A model generated the notes under the pieces. The model did no database searches and was not told where the DNA came from. It worked only from the letters and a program-made list of their open reading frames with translations. From Poseidonia sp. (GTDB lineage Archaea > Thermoplasmatota > Poseidoniia > Poseidoniales > Poseidoniaceae), in the NCBI GenBank assembly GCA_965661285.1, contig CBFIDD010000001.1:128001-192000 (forward strand): a stretch of DNA of 64,000 nt. The letters are read 5' to 3'. Positions 7,867-17,795 of the stretch are shown here, piece after piece. The translations under genes and the position numbers were made by a program. Each line of letters starts with the position of its first letter. Positions within the stretch are counted from its first letter, which is position 1.

Positions 7867-10800
7867 TTAGGCGTTCCTCAACGCTGCAGAAGGCGGTATC
7901 TTCGATGCTTGCCGCACGGGAACAAACGTGGTCAAAAGCACGATGAGCCACCCAACAAGAAACAACCCGAGGGTGTTCGCCCACGGGAACGAAAAGGCAG
8001 CACCTTCGGCTTGCCAAACGGCCTTATAGAGCATGTAGTGGAAACCGTAGCCGATCACAAACCCGTTGAACATGCCGAGCACGGCCACCCACGACACCTC
8101 GATGGAAAACAAACGCAAAACATGGCGTTGACGAAAGCCAACAGCCCGCAGCATCCCAATGGTCCTTCGCCGTTCACTCACGTTTCGAACGGTCACCACA
8201 CCAATGCCAGCCACCCCTACCAGCAACCCGAGGGCGAGATACCCCTCAAACAGCGAAAGAATGGCAAGAACAAGCGATTGGATGATGGAAATCTCGGTCG
8301 CAACGGTTTGCACGTTGATGTTACTGGGAGCCAGTTCCACGTCGAGGAGCGTTTCAAGTTCGCTCGCAGCCTGGCGGACATCAACCGATTTGCCTTGAGG
8401 GGGGAGGTCCTGCGGCTGGTGGGTTTGGGTTGGGCGGGCGTCGGGCGCAACGCTCACGTACATTCGAGTGATCTTTCCGTTGAACTGTTCGCTCACCACC
8501 GACCCGTCCATCCATACACCTGGAGAAAAGATGTACGACGACTGTTTCAAGAACCCCCCAACGGTGACTTCCCTGGTGTTTTTCGGGTTTGAAAAGTCAA
8601 TTAGGGAAATTGAATCTCCAATTGAAAATTGAAGGGGAACCAACGTGCTTCCGTCCGCTGAGGATTCAAGTCCAAATGAGGCATCAAGGAACACGATATT
8701 CTCGAAAGTTCCAATCGAGATCCACGCCTCCATAGACGTGTTTCCAAGACGCTCATCCCAGGCATGTAGCGGAAGACCACCGTGCTCAATGAACCCGGCA
8801 TCAACCCCGCGTAAAAGGTAGGGCATGCGCTCACCTTGTTCGTCCTCAAGATGCACGGGCGACCGGTAAACGCCTCCAACGGCGTCAATATTGTCCATCG
8901 AGGGATGGTCAATCCCCCATGCCGCAGGATTGGCGTCCAGGTCAATGGGTCGTGAACGCGTGGACGTCAGCAGTAACTCAAATTCGCCCTCTGCTTCCTC
9001 GACAAAGTCCGAAGAATAGGTGTCAAATTGCTCGGTGTAGCCCGCAAGAACCACCACGGAAAACATCGTGATGGAAAACATCCCCATCACCACGGCTGTG
9101 CGAACCGGATGGGCGAGCGGGTGGGCGAGGGCCACCGAACCCACCGGCCCGGTGCGTCGTGTTAACCAGGAACGTTTGGCCAGCCCACCAACCGCACGTG
9201 GGGCGATGCTGGTCAGGACGAGGACACCAGCAAAAACCTGAAGCAGGCCGATGACGATGAACGCTAACTCGTTTGGCTCCATACGTTGACGCAGCGGGTC
9301 GACGGGCGCAAGAGCCAACGTCCACAACAGGAACAAAACACCGATGGCCCCAAGCGTGTTTCGCGCGGCATAGCGCGTCCATCGGTTGACAGGGCCACCG
9401 CGATTGAGCAGGACCGGCAGTTGCCACGTTAACACCGGTGTGAACAAGAGAATGAGGCCAACGCCCAGAAGGACATAGGCTGCATACGACAATCCACCCT
9501 CAAATCCGGAAACCAACAGGCCAACCGTACACAAACCCACCAGACCAAACGCGAGGACTTGGAGCAACACCACGCCCCACGGCACCCCTTGTTTGAGCGA
9601 TGGACGCGCCCCTCTGAGAGCTCGAACGATGTTGAGATTGGCGTTGTAAACAGCGCTCGACCAAAGCAAGAGGAAGGCCAACAGAACGCCCCAAATCCAA
9701 CCGGCCAAAAACGAGTCCAGCGTCCATGCGAAGACAAATTGTTGCGCGTCAACCGATGAAAAAATGGCTGAAAATCCGACCGAGATCACCCAAGCCAGTC
9801 CGAGGCCCAAAACCGAACCGAACCCACCTGAGACAAAGGCGAGCACGGCTCCCTCAAAGACAAACATCGCTCGAGCATCGCTTCGCCGGAGCCCCAAGGC
9901 ACGAACGGCGGCCAGTTCGGTTCGACGAACATCCGCGAGCAACATGATGATTGTCAAGGAAAGCAGGACGCCCGCAGCCATCGTGAAGGTCCCAAACACA
10001 AGGAACATGGCGGAGAGGGCACCGGAGGAGGCTTCCGCTTGTTCGCTGGCATCAAGTTGGACGGCTTGGACGCGGAGATGAAGGTCTTCGGTCCCACTTT
10101 GTTGGTCAAACCACGACATGAGGGCACGGAACGAGGCGTCGTTTTCACCGGCGAAGCCCGGACCGGAAAACATCAGCAAGGAGCGGTCATCGGCTTCTGC
10201 CAGCGCCAGCACCTCGGCGTCCTCAAGCGAAACCAGGCCGAGCACGACACCGTCCAAATCCGAGAGTTGGTCAAAGCCATCGATGGCCGTGTAGGTCCCG
10301 CCGTGATCAAGGACCGTAGCGGTGTCGTTACCGTAGGCATAGGGAAGAACACCCGTCAGCGAAAGCGATGAGGTGTTCTCCATTTGAAGGGCACCAAGGC
10401 GAGCCGATGTCAGCACCTGGCCTTGTTGAATCTCAAGAGCGGCTCCCTCGCCCCCGAACGCCAACACCATTTGCGGGAGACGGCCGAAGCCAGCAGCGTC
10501 CGATAAGACGGGAAGGCGGATGCTCTCAACTTCTTGCACTTCGGTGTTCCAACGAAGCACGCCGTGTTCAAAGGTGCAGAGGAGGCGATCCTCATCGAAG
10601 AGAAGAGCAGCCACGCCATCGCAGACCTCGGGGAGTTGCGGCAGGTTCGTAGTGGGCTCGAGGGGCCAATCAGCAGCCCCAATTTCGGTGAAGATCGCCC
10701 CGTCCGTTGAACGGTAATATTGGGTGTTCAGCAGACCCTCGATGCTGAGATAGAGGTCGCCCTCAACGACCAATTCGTAGGACAGCACGGTGGTTGGCAA

Positions 10801-12456
10801 AGGCAACCCAAGGGTGTGGCGATGGTGAAGCGACAGATTCCTGTCAACATTGAGCAGGTCAAGCGATGTGCCATTGGACTGCAGCACCCACCACGCCTCG
10901 ATGTCATCAGCCACCGCCAGCGAGGTTAGACCCGTATCAAGCGAGGCCCTCGGTTCTTCGTCATCAAGACCAACATCGACGAGAACGACCTCCTCTTCAC
11001 TCACTACAACGGCCGATGCGCTATCATCCGACCAAGCCACATCGACCACGCGATCGCCTTCATCGGCCTGCCACAACCATGCGTCTCCGCCATCACGCGG
11101 CTCAAAGCCAATACCTGAGAGGGCCACATGCCACCACACATCTTCAGCGAGGCGAAGTTGCGTCACCTCCGTGTCCGCCAGCGTGAGAAGGGACTCGCGC
11201 TCGACCACGACATCGACGAGTGGGACCTGCAAAACCTCCAGAAGGGTCGCATCGGGATAGAGCGTGGATTTGTTTTCCCGCAACGCACTGACATCGGTGC
11301 CGGTGATGCGTTGCAGGCCGGCGCTCGACGAGACCGTCAACGAAGACGTTGCTTCGTCGTGGGTGTAGACCACGCCCACGTCTTCCGCCGTGAGCGAGGC
11401 GTTCAGGAGGGACGACAACTCGGGAAGCAAACCACGGAGTTCTCCATCCGCGAGTTCGGGGGCGTAGGCCAGCGACAACCGGTTGAGCGAGGCCGACAGA
11501 TCGAGCATCTGTTGAGCAGAAGGAAGGTCCATGAACACCGCCGGCGACAACGTTCCGGCCATGGCGCCTTGGCCTTCATTGGGAACCACAGCGTGGACCA
11601 CCGCCGTAGAGGTCGTTCGCACCCGTGCACCGTCTTGTGACACAAACGCACCCAGCTCGAGCACATCGCCCTGCTCGACCTCAAGTGCATCGGCAGCGGC
11701 TGCATTGAGGACAACATGCGTGTCGTCAGCCACGGCGTTGATGGATTCAAGCGTAGAAAATCGGAGTCCAGACGAAGCCTCCAAAGGCGCCCAAACGCCT
11801 TCGTCATCGACGCTTCCATTTCGTGCAAACAATGGTACGGAGGGTTCAGCCCGACCGTTTTCAGCCGCTAAACTCACGGTCGAAGCCACACCGTACTGAC
11901 GCCCCTCGAGGTGGACGCTCAACGAAGGGTCCGCCATCAATGTGTTCCAAAATCGCTCAGCGACGTCCTCGTCAAACACAACAGCCACGCCCGTCAAGGG
12001 GTCAACTCCTGCGACGAGGACGTCGGTTTCGCCCCAAGCAGCGCTGACCTCTTTGCCCACCGTTGCGTCGAGGGAATCCCCCACGACGAGCGACGAGGTG
12101 ATGATGCTTGAAGCGATGATCAATCCAGCGACCATCAACACCGATTGACGTTTTCTTCGGAGAATGTTTTCTTTAGCAAGGCGCCATACGAGCAGGCGTT
12201 GAGGAACGAGCAACGGCTGAACGAAGAGCATGGACATCGTGCCGAAGAGCACGCATCCAGCGGCGACGGTCAAGTTCGAGGCCCCCAACCATGCGAGCAG
12301 CAGGCCAACCAGCACACCATCCACGGGCCCAGCGAACACCAGGAGAAGCCGCTGGACCCAACGCCATTCACGCCAACGGCGGGCGGTCAGCACACCGATG
12401 ATGCTCATGACAAGCACCAGCACAGCGGCCGACCCCAGCCACAGCAACACGCTCAT
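7867..12456 (-). CDS. ABC transporter permease, FtsX/MacB/LolE family (two FtsX domains, very large extracellular loop)
   Basis: 1529 aa; LAKENILRRKRQSVL helix, RRTELAAVRALG and ERRRTIGMLRAVG FtsX motifs; overlaps the ATPase stop (ATGA). Confidence 0.9.
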   Translation of the reverse strand: MSVLLWLGSAAVLVLVMSIIGVLTARRWREWRWVQRLLLVFAGPVDGVLVGLLLAWLGASNLTVAAGCVLFGTMSMLFVQPLLVPQRLLVWRLAKENILRRKRQSVLMVAGLIIASSIITSSLVVGDSLDATVGKEVSAAWGETDVLVAGVDPLTGVAVVFDEDVAERFWNTLMADPSLSVHLEGRQYGVASTVSLAAENGRAEPSVPLFARNGSVDDEGVWAPLEASSGLRFSTLESINAVADDTHVVLNAAAADALEVEQGDVLELGAFVSQDGARVRTTSTAVVHAVVPNEGQGAMAGTLSPAVFMDLPSAQQMLDLSASLNRLSLAYAPELADGELRGLLPELSSLLNASLTAEDVGVVYTHDEATSSLTVSSSAGLQRITGTDVSALRENKSTLYPDATLLEVLQVPLVDVVVERESLLTLADTEVTQLRLAEDVWWHVALSGIGFEPRDGGDAWLWQADEGDRVVDVAWSDDSASAVVVSEEEVVLVDVGLDDEEPRASLDTGLTSLAVADDIEAWWVLQSNGTSLDLLNVDRNLSLHHRHTLGLPLPTTVLSYELVVEGDLYLSIEGLLNTQYYRSTDGAIFTEIGAADWPLEPTTNLPQLPEVCDGVAALLFDEDRLLCTFEHGVLRWNTEVQEVESIRLPVLSDAAGFGRLPQMVLAFGGEGAALEIQQGQVLTSARLGALQMENTSSLSLTGVLPYAYGNDTATVLDHGGTYTAIDGFDQLSDLDGVVLGLVSLEDAEVLALAEADDRSLLMFSGPGFAGENDASFRALMSWFDQQSGTEDLHLRVQAVQLDASEQAEASSGALSAMFLVFGTFTMAAGVLLSLTIIMLLADVRRTELAAVRALGLRRSDARAMFVFEGAVLAFVSGGFGSVLGLGLAWVISVGFSAIFSSVDAQQFVFAWTLDSFLAGWIWGVLLAFLLLWSSAVYNANLNIVRALRGARPSLKQGVPWGVVLLQVLAFGLVGLCTVGLLVSGFEGGLSYAAYVLLGVGLILLFTPVLTWQLPVLLNRGGPVNRWTRYAARNTLGAIGVLFLLWTLALAPVDPLRQRMEPNELAFIVIGLLQVFAGVLVLTSIAPRAVGGLAKRSWLTRRTGPVGSVALAHPLAHPVRTAVVMGMFSITMFSVVVLAGYTEQFDTYSSDFVEEAEGEFELLLTSTRSRPIDLDANPAAWGIDHPSMDNIDAVGGVYRSPVHLEDEQGERMPYLLRGVDAGFIEHGGLPLHAWDERLGNTSMEAWISIGTFENIVFLDASFGLESSADGSTLVPLQFSIGDSISLIDFSNPKNTREVTVGGFLKQSSYIFSPGVWMDGSVVSEQFNGKITRMYVSVAPDARPTQTHQPQDLPPQGKSVDVRQAASELETLLDVELAPSNINVQTVATEISIIQSLVLAILSLFEGYLALGLLVGVAGIGVVTVRNVSERRRTIGMLRAVGFRQRHVLRLFSIEVSWVAVLGMFNGFVIGYGFHYMLYKAVWQAEGAAFSFPWANTLGLFLVGWLIVLLTTFVPVRQASKIPPSAALRNA

Positions 12457-13157
12457 TCCTCCTCAGGACGAGGAACGACGACATCTGAGAGGATGGAGCC
12501 GTCGTTCATGGTGATGGTTCGCTGACATTGAGCCGCAATATCAGCATCGTGTGTGACAATAAGAAACGTGGTCTGTTGTGTTTGATTCATTTCTCCAAGC
12601 AAGGTCATCACCTCACTTGATGTCGCCGTGTCCAGATTCCCCGTCGGCTCGTCGCACAGAATGATGGCAGGCTGGTGGACGATGGCGCGTGCGACCGCAA
12701 CGCGTTGTTGCTGGCCTCCGGAAAGTTCGGCCGGGCGGTGGTCGCTTCGGTCGCCAAGACCCACTTGGGCCAGGGCCTTCATCGCTTGCTGCCGAGCGTC
12801 GTGAGGTGCCTGGCCGTTGAGTAGGAGCGGTAATTCCACGTTTTCAACGGCTGAAAGGACCGGGAGGAGGTTGAAGTCTTGGAAAATAAAACCAAAATGC
12901 TGCCCTCGGAGGTCGGTTCGAGCATCGTCTGAAATCCCGTAGAGCGGTTGGCCGTTGACGGCGACCATCCCTGAGGTCGGCTCATCGATGCCCGAGAGAA
13001 TGTTGAGCAGCGTGGTCTTCCCGCATCCAGACGGCCCCATCACCGCCACCATCTCACCGGGTTGGACGACCAAGTCCACGCCCCGAACGGCCTCAACCGT
13101 TGATTCACCGGCCTGGTAGAGTTTCCAGAGCTGGCTGGCTTGAAGTGCAGGGGTCAT
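12453..13157 (-). CDS. ABC transporter ATP-binding protein, LolD/MacB-type
   Basis: Start re-called at MTPALQ; Walker A GPSGCGKT, signature LSGGQQQR, Walker [18 protein letters not shown]. Confidence 0.95.
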   Translation of the reverse strand: MTPALQASQLWKLYQAGESTVEAVRGVDLVVQPGEMVAVMGPSGCGKTTLLNILSGIDEPTSGMVAVNGQPLYGISDDARTDLRGQHFGFIFQDFNLLPVLSAVENVELPLLLNGQAPHDARQQAMKALAQVGLGDRSDHRPAELSGGQQQRVAVARAIVHQPAIILCDEPTGNLDTATSSEVMTLLGEMNQTQQTTFLIVTHDADIAAQCQRTITMNDGSILSDVVVPRPEEE

Positions 13158-13208
13158 GGTTTCACCAAAGAGAATTGTATTGATAAATCCCTGCCCGAAT
13201 GGTATGCC

Positions 13209-13463
13209 ATGGACGAGGACAGCCCCACGGCCAACATCCGAATTGTTGCGTTTGGACAGATTGCCGAACGCCTCGGTGGCCGTCAACACGAACACAGCGT
13301 GCCAATGGGAACAACCATCCGAGAGCTCGTTGAAAACCTGGGTCTTGGGGAGTGGATTACGTTCGGCCTCTCTGTTGCGGTTGACGGGGACCGATGCAGC
13401 ATTGAAACGGTGGTTGAGCAAGGCGTTGAAATTGCGCTCCTCCCCCCCGTGAGCGGTGGCTAA
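13209..13463 (+). CDS. MoaD/ThiS family ubiquitin-like small protein (SAMP-like)
   Basis: 84 aa from MDEDSPT; C-terminal EIALLPPVSGG diglycine. Confidence 0.9.
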   Translation: MDEDSPTANIRIVAFGQIAERLGGRQHEHSVPMGTTIRELVENLGLGEWITFGLSVAVDGDRCSIETVVEQGVEIALLPPVSGG

Positions 13464-13535
13464 ACCTTCGTTGAGCACACAGCAACAGGCAAGCCTTCAA
13501 CAACAGGAAGCACCAGCGAAGAATGAGGAAGGACC

Positions 13536-13859
13536 ATGGTGGGTGGACTCGGACCGCTTGAATTGAGCATCCTGCTCCTGCTGTTTTTCGTGCTCTTCGG
13601 CGCCCAGAGACTCCCTGAACTGGCCAATGCGCTCGGACGTTCAAAAGGTGAATTCAACAAGGGATTGAACGAGGTCACATCCATCGGCGACACCGCCAAG
13701 ACGGTGGCCGACCTTGAAGCCGGAGGGCGAACGCCCGATCAGGTGCTGATGGAACGCGCCAAAGCGGTGGGCCTTGAGCCTGCAGGGATGCCGGTTGATG
13801 AACTCAAAAAGAAGGTCGAGGCCCTCGAAGCGCTCCAGACAAGCGAAGAAAACGAGTGA
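13536..13859 (+). CDS. tatA: Twin-arginine translocase subunit TatA/E
   Basis: LGPLELSILLLLFFVLFGAQRLPELANALGRSKGEF (TM, FG hinge, amphipathic helix). Confidence 0.92.
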   Translation: MVGGLGPLELSILLLLFFVLFGAQRLPELANALGRSKGEFNKGLNEVTSIGDTAKTVADLEAGGRTPDQVLMERAKAVGLEPAGMPVDELKKKVEALEALQTSEENE

Positions 13860-13861
13860 AC

Positions 13862-14359
13862 TCACGAACGGCGTCGCTTGACGACCACGGGCGAACCGCA
13901 AACATGGCAGTCTCCAATGCTCCCTTTCTTTGAGCGTGAAGCCTCACTCGACATCGCCGATGACACGCCGCAACCGGTGCAGCGCTGCTCCCATATCCAG
14001 ACCTGTTTGGAAGGGGTGTTGGCGACGGACTGCACGGTGCCCCCAGCCAATTTGAAGGTGTTCTGGAGGCGATAGTCGTCGGACACAAGCACGGCCTCAG
14101 CCTCGAGCGCCAACGCCAAGACATCCAAATCCACGTCGGAAAGGCGCGGGAGGTCGCCGCTGGTCTTTGCACACGCCTTGGCCGCATCAAGCGCAGCGGC
14201 CGAGACCGTTCGCCATTCCACGTCGGCCGATTCAACCAGAAGGACACGAGCGGGACTGAGTCGCTCGAGTTCGTGGACTTGCGAAGGTGCGCAGACGCCC
14301 CCGGCGAGTTGCTGCACGGGCCAATGGAGCAGCGCTGCCGTGTCCAACACCCGCTCCAT
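13862..14359 (-). CDS. nob1: NOB1 family PIN endonuclease with Zn ribbon (16S rRNA maturation)
   Basis: VLDTAA, LSDVD, SDDY PIN acidic residues; CTGC...CHVCG Zn ribbon. Confidence 0.9.
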   Translation of the reverse strand: MERVLDTAALLHWPVQQLAGGVCAPSQVHELERLSPARVLLVESADVEWRTVSAAALDAAKACAKTSGDLPRLSDVDLDVLALALEAEAVLVSDDYRLQNTFKLAGGTVQSVANTPSKQVWIWEQRCTGCGVSSAMSSEASRSKKGSIGDCHVCGSPVVVKRRRS

Positions 14360-14436
14360 GCATTCGTGTACAGAACCCTCTCCATGAAGTCACCGCTGAC
14401 CCCTATCTTCTTCAAAGGCCATGAACAGGGGCCGTC

Positions 14437-15045
14437 ATGAGTTGGAAGGCGACCATCCTGGAGGCCTTCGAGGCTTTCGGCCCGGCCAGTCTCTTTCTCC
14501 TTTCGTTCACCGAGGCCATTGTTCAACCCATCCCACCGGACTTGCTGTACATTCCGATGCTCGCCAGTGCGATGGGGGACGTTCCGCTTGTCGTTTGGTT
14601 GTGGTTGACGGTGACCGTTGCCTCTGTGTTGGGCTCGCTGGTCGGCTATTGGATCGGCCAAAAGTGGGGCACGCCAATCATGAAACGATTCGGCCAAGAG
14701 AAGCACCTCTCAAAACTCGAACAACTCACCGCTCGCTATGGCACGCTCGGAATTTTCATTGCGGCGTTTTCCCCCATTCCCTACAAAGTGCTTGGCTGGA
14801 TGGCCGGCATGGGCCATATGGCCAAGCGTCCGTTCCTCCTTGCGGGACTGGCAGGCCGAGGCCTCCGTTTTGGGCTGGAAGCGGTTCTCATTGGCGTGTA
14901 CGGCGACACGGCGTTGGACGCCATCATGTGGATTTTGGATAATGAGGTTCTTTTGGCCCTTGTGCTCATGCTTTCGGGCGTCGCGATGTGGTTGGCCTAC
15001 CGATGGTGGAACGGTCTTGATGCGCAACCCCCAACGGCCGCATGA
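14437..15045 (+). CDS. DedA/YqaA (VTT domain) membrane protein
   Basis: SFTEAIVQPIPPD, ASVLGSLVGYWIG, FSPIPYK, GRGLRF motifs. Confidence 0.9.
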   Translation: MSWKATILEAFEAFGPASLFLLSFTEAIVQPIPPDLLYIPMLASAMGDVPLVVWLWLTVTVASVLGSLVGYWIGQKWGTPIMKRFGQEKHLSKLEQLTARYGTLGIFIAAFSPIPYKVLGWMAGMGHMAKRPFLLAGLAGRGLRFGLEAVLIGVYGDTALDAIMWILDNEVLLALVLMLSGVAMWLAYRWWNGLDAQPPTAA

Positions 15046-15104
15046 AGCCGACGACCGTCGTACACGGGAACGGTTATGAACAGGGCGCAAGTGGGGCTAA
15101 CACC

Positions 15105-15179
15105 GCTCGCGTGGTGTAGTCAGGTCCATCATTACGGGTTTTCATCCCGTCGACCCGGGTTCGAATCCCGGCGCGAGCA
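15105..15179 (+). tRNA. tRNA-Glu (anticodon TTC), no intron, CCA not encoded
   Basis: Acceptor stem gctcgcg/cgcgagc, D-arm tggtgtagtcaggtccatca, anticodon arm acggg-ttTTCat-cccgt, T-arm ccggg-ttcgaat-cccgg. Confidence 0.96.
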
Positions 15180-15300
15180 TATTCGGCCCCCAGTGCCCCG
15201 TTAATAAATCCAAAAACTCGTGTAAATTGGCCCGTGGTATGCTTGAATTTGCATCGCTTCCTGCGAGAAACTTTAGATGCCTCATGCCCGAGCATTTCGC

Positions 15301-15768
15301 ATGGTTAACATTGGAGACACCGCCCCTGCCTTTACCCTTCGAGCCACCGACAAGCGAGAGGTCTCGCTTTCAGAGTATGCCGGAAAAACCGTCATTTTGG
15401 TGTTCTACCCCGGCGCCTTTACCGGTGTGTGCGACAAAGAAATGTGTGCCTTTCAGGACAACATGGCAGCGTTGAACGACGCCGACGCCGTCGTTCTTGG
15501 CATCAGCGTGGATTCCCCTTGGGTCAACGCCGAATTCACTCGAAAATACAACCTTGAGTTCGAGCTCCTTTCCGACCTCGACCGAGAAGCGGTCAAGGCG
15601 TACGACGCAGCGTTTGTTGGCCTTGGCGGCATAGACGGCTACGTCTCGGCCAACCGAGTGGTCATCATCATCGACGCATCGGGAACCGTCCAGTACCGAT
15701 GGGTCGCAGAAAACCCCGGCGTTGAACCCGACTATGCCGAGGTTGTTTCGGCCGCGGCTGGTCTTTGA
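15301..15768 (+). CDS. Peroxiredoxin (AhpC/TSA family, AhpE/BCP-like)
   Basis: Start MVNIGDTAP; FYPGAFTGVCDKEMC (PxxxTxxC), GISVDS. Confidence 0.92.
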   Translation: MVNIGDTAPAFTLRATDKREVSLSEYAGKTVILVFYPGAFTGVCDKEMCAFQDNMAALNDADAVVLGISVDSPWVNAEFTRKYNLEFELLSDLDREAVKAYDAAFVGLGGIDGYVSANRVVIIIDASGTVQYRWVAENPGVEPDYAEVVSAAAGL

Positions 15769-15803
15769 TTTAACCAAGGCAGCACAGGAAAGCGCTTGGC
15801 CAA

Positions 15804-16643
15804 TCACGCCAACGTGCCGTTGTTGTAGTCTTCAATGGCCTGATAGATCTCTTGTCGGGTGTTCATCACAAACGGCCCGTAGCGAGCGATGGGCTCGTCG
15901 AGTTCGGGTCCACCAAGAATCAACAACTCGGCGCCGTCTTCCTCCGCCGTCAAGGTTACCGAGTCCCCTTCGGACAAAAGACCCAAACCACCATCGTGAA
16001 GCGAGCGGCCTTCAATCTCCATTGAACCTCCAAACGCATAGACCATGACGTTGTGGTCGTGCTCACACTGATGGGTATAACTTGCATCGGGTTGCATTTT
16101 GAGATGGAGGTAGGTGATGGGAATCACGGTGTCAATGACGGCTTGGACGCCGAGCGCCTCACCGGCGATGACCTTCGCCCAGACCGTGCCGTCCTCGTTG
16201 GAGGCTTCGGGAATCTCGTTGGACGGGATATCTTGGTAGCGTGGCTGCATCATCTTGTCTTTTGCGGGAAGGTTGACCCAAATTTGGAAGCCGTGCATCT
16301 TTCCGCCGTTTTCCATCATGTGATCTTGAGGCAATTCGGAGTGAATGATGCCACGACCAGCCGTCATCCACTGGACATCACCCGGATTGAGGTCGCCGCT
16401 GTTGCCCGCAGAATCGGCGTGTTTCATGCCGCCAGCGAGCAGATAGGTCACGGTCTCGAAACCCCGGTGAGGATGTTCGGGAGCACCAACGGCTTCGCCG
16501 GGAGCGTAATCAACCGGACCCATCTCGTCCAAGAGCAAAAACGGACTCATCAAACGACCCATGGCAGCGGGCCTTCGGACTTTGAAACCGCCGCCTTCAA
16601 GCACGGTGTGGGTTGGCACGATGGACTTCAGTGTTCGATTCAT
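15804..16643 (-). CDS. Pirin family bicupin
   Basis: PFLLLD, HPHRGFETVTY, QWMTAGRGIIHSE, YGPFVMNT. Confidence 0.96.
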   Translation of the reverse strand: MNRTLKSIVPTHTVLEGGGFKVRRPAAMGRLMSPFLLLDEMGPVDYAPGEAVGAPEHPHRGFETVTYLLAGGMKHADSAGNSGDLNPGDVQWMTAGRGIIHSELPQDHMMENGGKMHGFQIWVNLPAKDKMMQPRYQDIPSNEIPEASNEDGTVWAKVIAGEALGVQAVIDTVIPITYLHLKMQPDASYTHQCEHDHNVMVYAFGGSMEIEGRSLHDGGLGLLSEGDSVTLTAEEDGAELLILGGPELDEPIARYGPFVMNTRQEIYQAIEDYNNGTLA

Positions 16644-16647
16644 GTGT

Positions 16648-17148
16648 TCACCTGGTGGTCATGGCGTTTAAAATGGCGTCAACGGTCTCGGGGTTGGCTG
16701 ATTTGTTTTTGTTGCAGACCAGCGAACGACCCACGACCAAACAGCCGAGGAAGGAGAATTGCATGCGCATGGCCATGATGACATGATGACCACCGCCACC
16801 GGAATGGGTGCCGAGGGCCACGGTGCGGTCGCGGAACAACCGTCGGAAATCGTCGCCGTTTCGGCTCAACCACGCAATCGCATTGTTCAATGTTGGAGGA
16901 TAGGTACCGTTGTATTCGGGTGCAAAAACGAACCACGAATCACCCCGCTCCAGCGTTGAGATGAGGTCATCAAGGCCCTCAGGGGCACCGATTTCCTGTT
17001 CACGAGCCAAGGTGTACACGGGGAAATCAAAGGCATTCAAACCGACCTGAATGACCTCGTGGCCCAGACTGACGGCACGAGCTTCAACCTCGCGAGCAAG
17101 GTCGGCATTTTTTCCATCCGAAGCGCGGATAAACACCAAGGTCGCCAT
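16648..17148 (-). CDS. NADPH-dependent FMN reductase (flavodoxin fold)
   Basis: APEYNGTYPPTLNNAIAWLSR and SGGGG motifs; 4 nt upstream of pirin (operon). Confidence 0.9.
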   Translation of the reverse strand: MATLVFIRASDGKNADLAREVEARAVSLGHEVIQVGLNAFDFPVYTLAREQEIGAPEGLDDLISTLERGDSWFVFAPEYNGTYPPTLNNAIAWLSRNGDDFRRLFRDRTVALGTHSGGGGHHVIMAMRMQFSFLGCLVVGRSLVCNKNKSANPETVDAILNAMTTR

Positions 17149-17185
17149 AGTAAAACCTCGGAGTTGTTACTTATTACTCTGAGTA

Positions 17186-17404
17186 TCATACCGGCGACTC
17201 GCTCACGGGCGTGCGTTCAGATGCCGCATGTTCGTAAGCAGCCGTGAACCGTGCCATCCAGGTCTCCCTTGGTTCCTCAGTGTGTCCTGAGATAACATCG
17301 TGGTGCGTATCAAGATAGTGCGGCATCATCTTCACCAGCATCGCATGGAGGGACGAGGCCTCGTACGCTACGGCCCCACAATCCATGCAGACCATCCGAG
17401 GCAT
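17186..17404 (-). CDS. Small putative metal-binding protein (CxxC...HxxxxH, DUF1059-like)
   Basis: MPRMVCMDCG...MMPHYLDTHHD, 72 aa; fills intergenic gap; TTCAAC element 30 nt upstream. Confidence 0.7.
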   Translation of the reverse strand: MPRMVCMDCGAVAYEASSLHAMLVKMMPHYLDTHHDVISGHTEEPRETWMARFTAAYEHAASERTPVSESPV

Positions 17405-17510
17405 GAACAGCAACCCCGGTGGGCGCTAGTTGAACTTATCCAACCTCGAAACCTCTCGTATGGACCTCTGCAAGACAAGCGATTAAGATGGGCCTGTCTG
17501 TGGTATATCC

Positions 17511-17795
17511 ATGTCAGAAGCCATGATTCTTGAACACGCATCTCAGACGGATACGGACTTTCTGATCTATACCGGTGATTTTTGCGGGTACTGCCGTGCG
17601 CTCAAAAACCTCCTGGAGAAGAAGGATTTGAGCTACACCGAATACAACTTTGACCATCACGACGGCATGCGCACGGCCGTGGTCCAAGCGACCGGTCACC
17701 GAACAGTCCCGGTCGTGTTTGATTTGCGAGACGAGCAACCGCTGTTCATCGGTGGCTTTGATGAAACCAACCGCTACCTCAGGAAAAGGTCGTGA
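17511..17795 (+). CDS. Glutaredoxin
   Basis: CGYC active site, TVP cis-Pro, IGGFD. Confidence 0.92.
   Translation: MSEAMILEHASQTDTDFLIYTGDFCGYCRALKNLLEKKDLSYTEYNFDHHDGMRTAVVQATGHRTVPVVFDLRDEQPLFIGGFDETNRYLRKRS

Noticed and set aside
13158-13478. ORF-track N-terminal extensions (ABC ATPase to 13478; also 7771, 24527, 34337, 39195, 39622, 58467)
   Set aside because: They overlap neighbouring genes or promoters; downstream starts fit signal peptides, SD sites or TATA spacing better.
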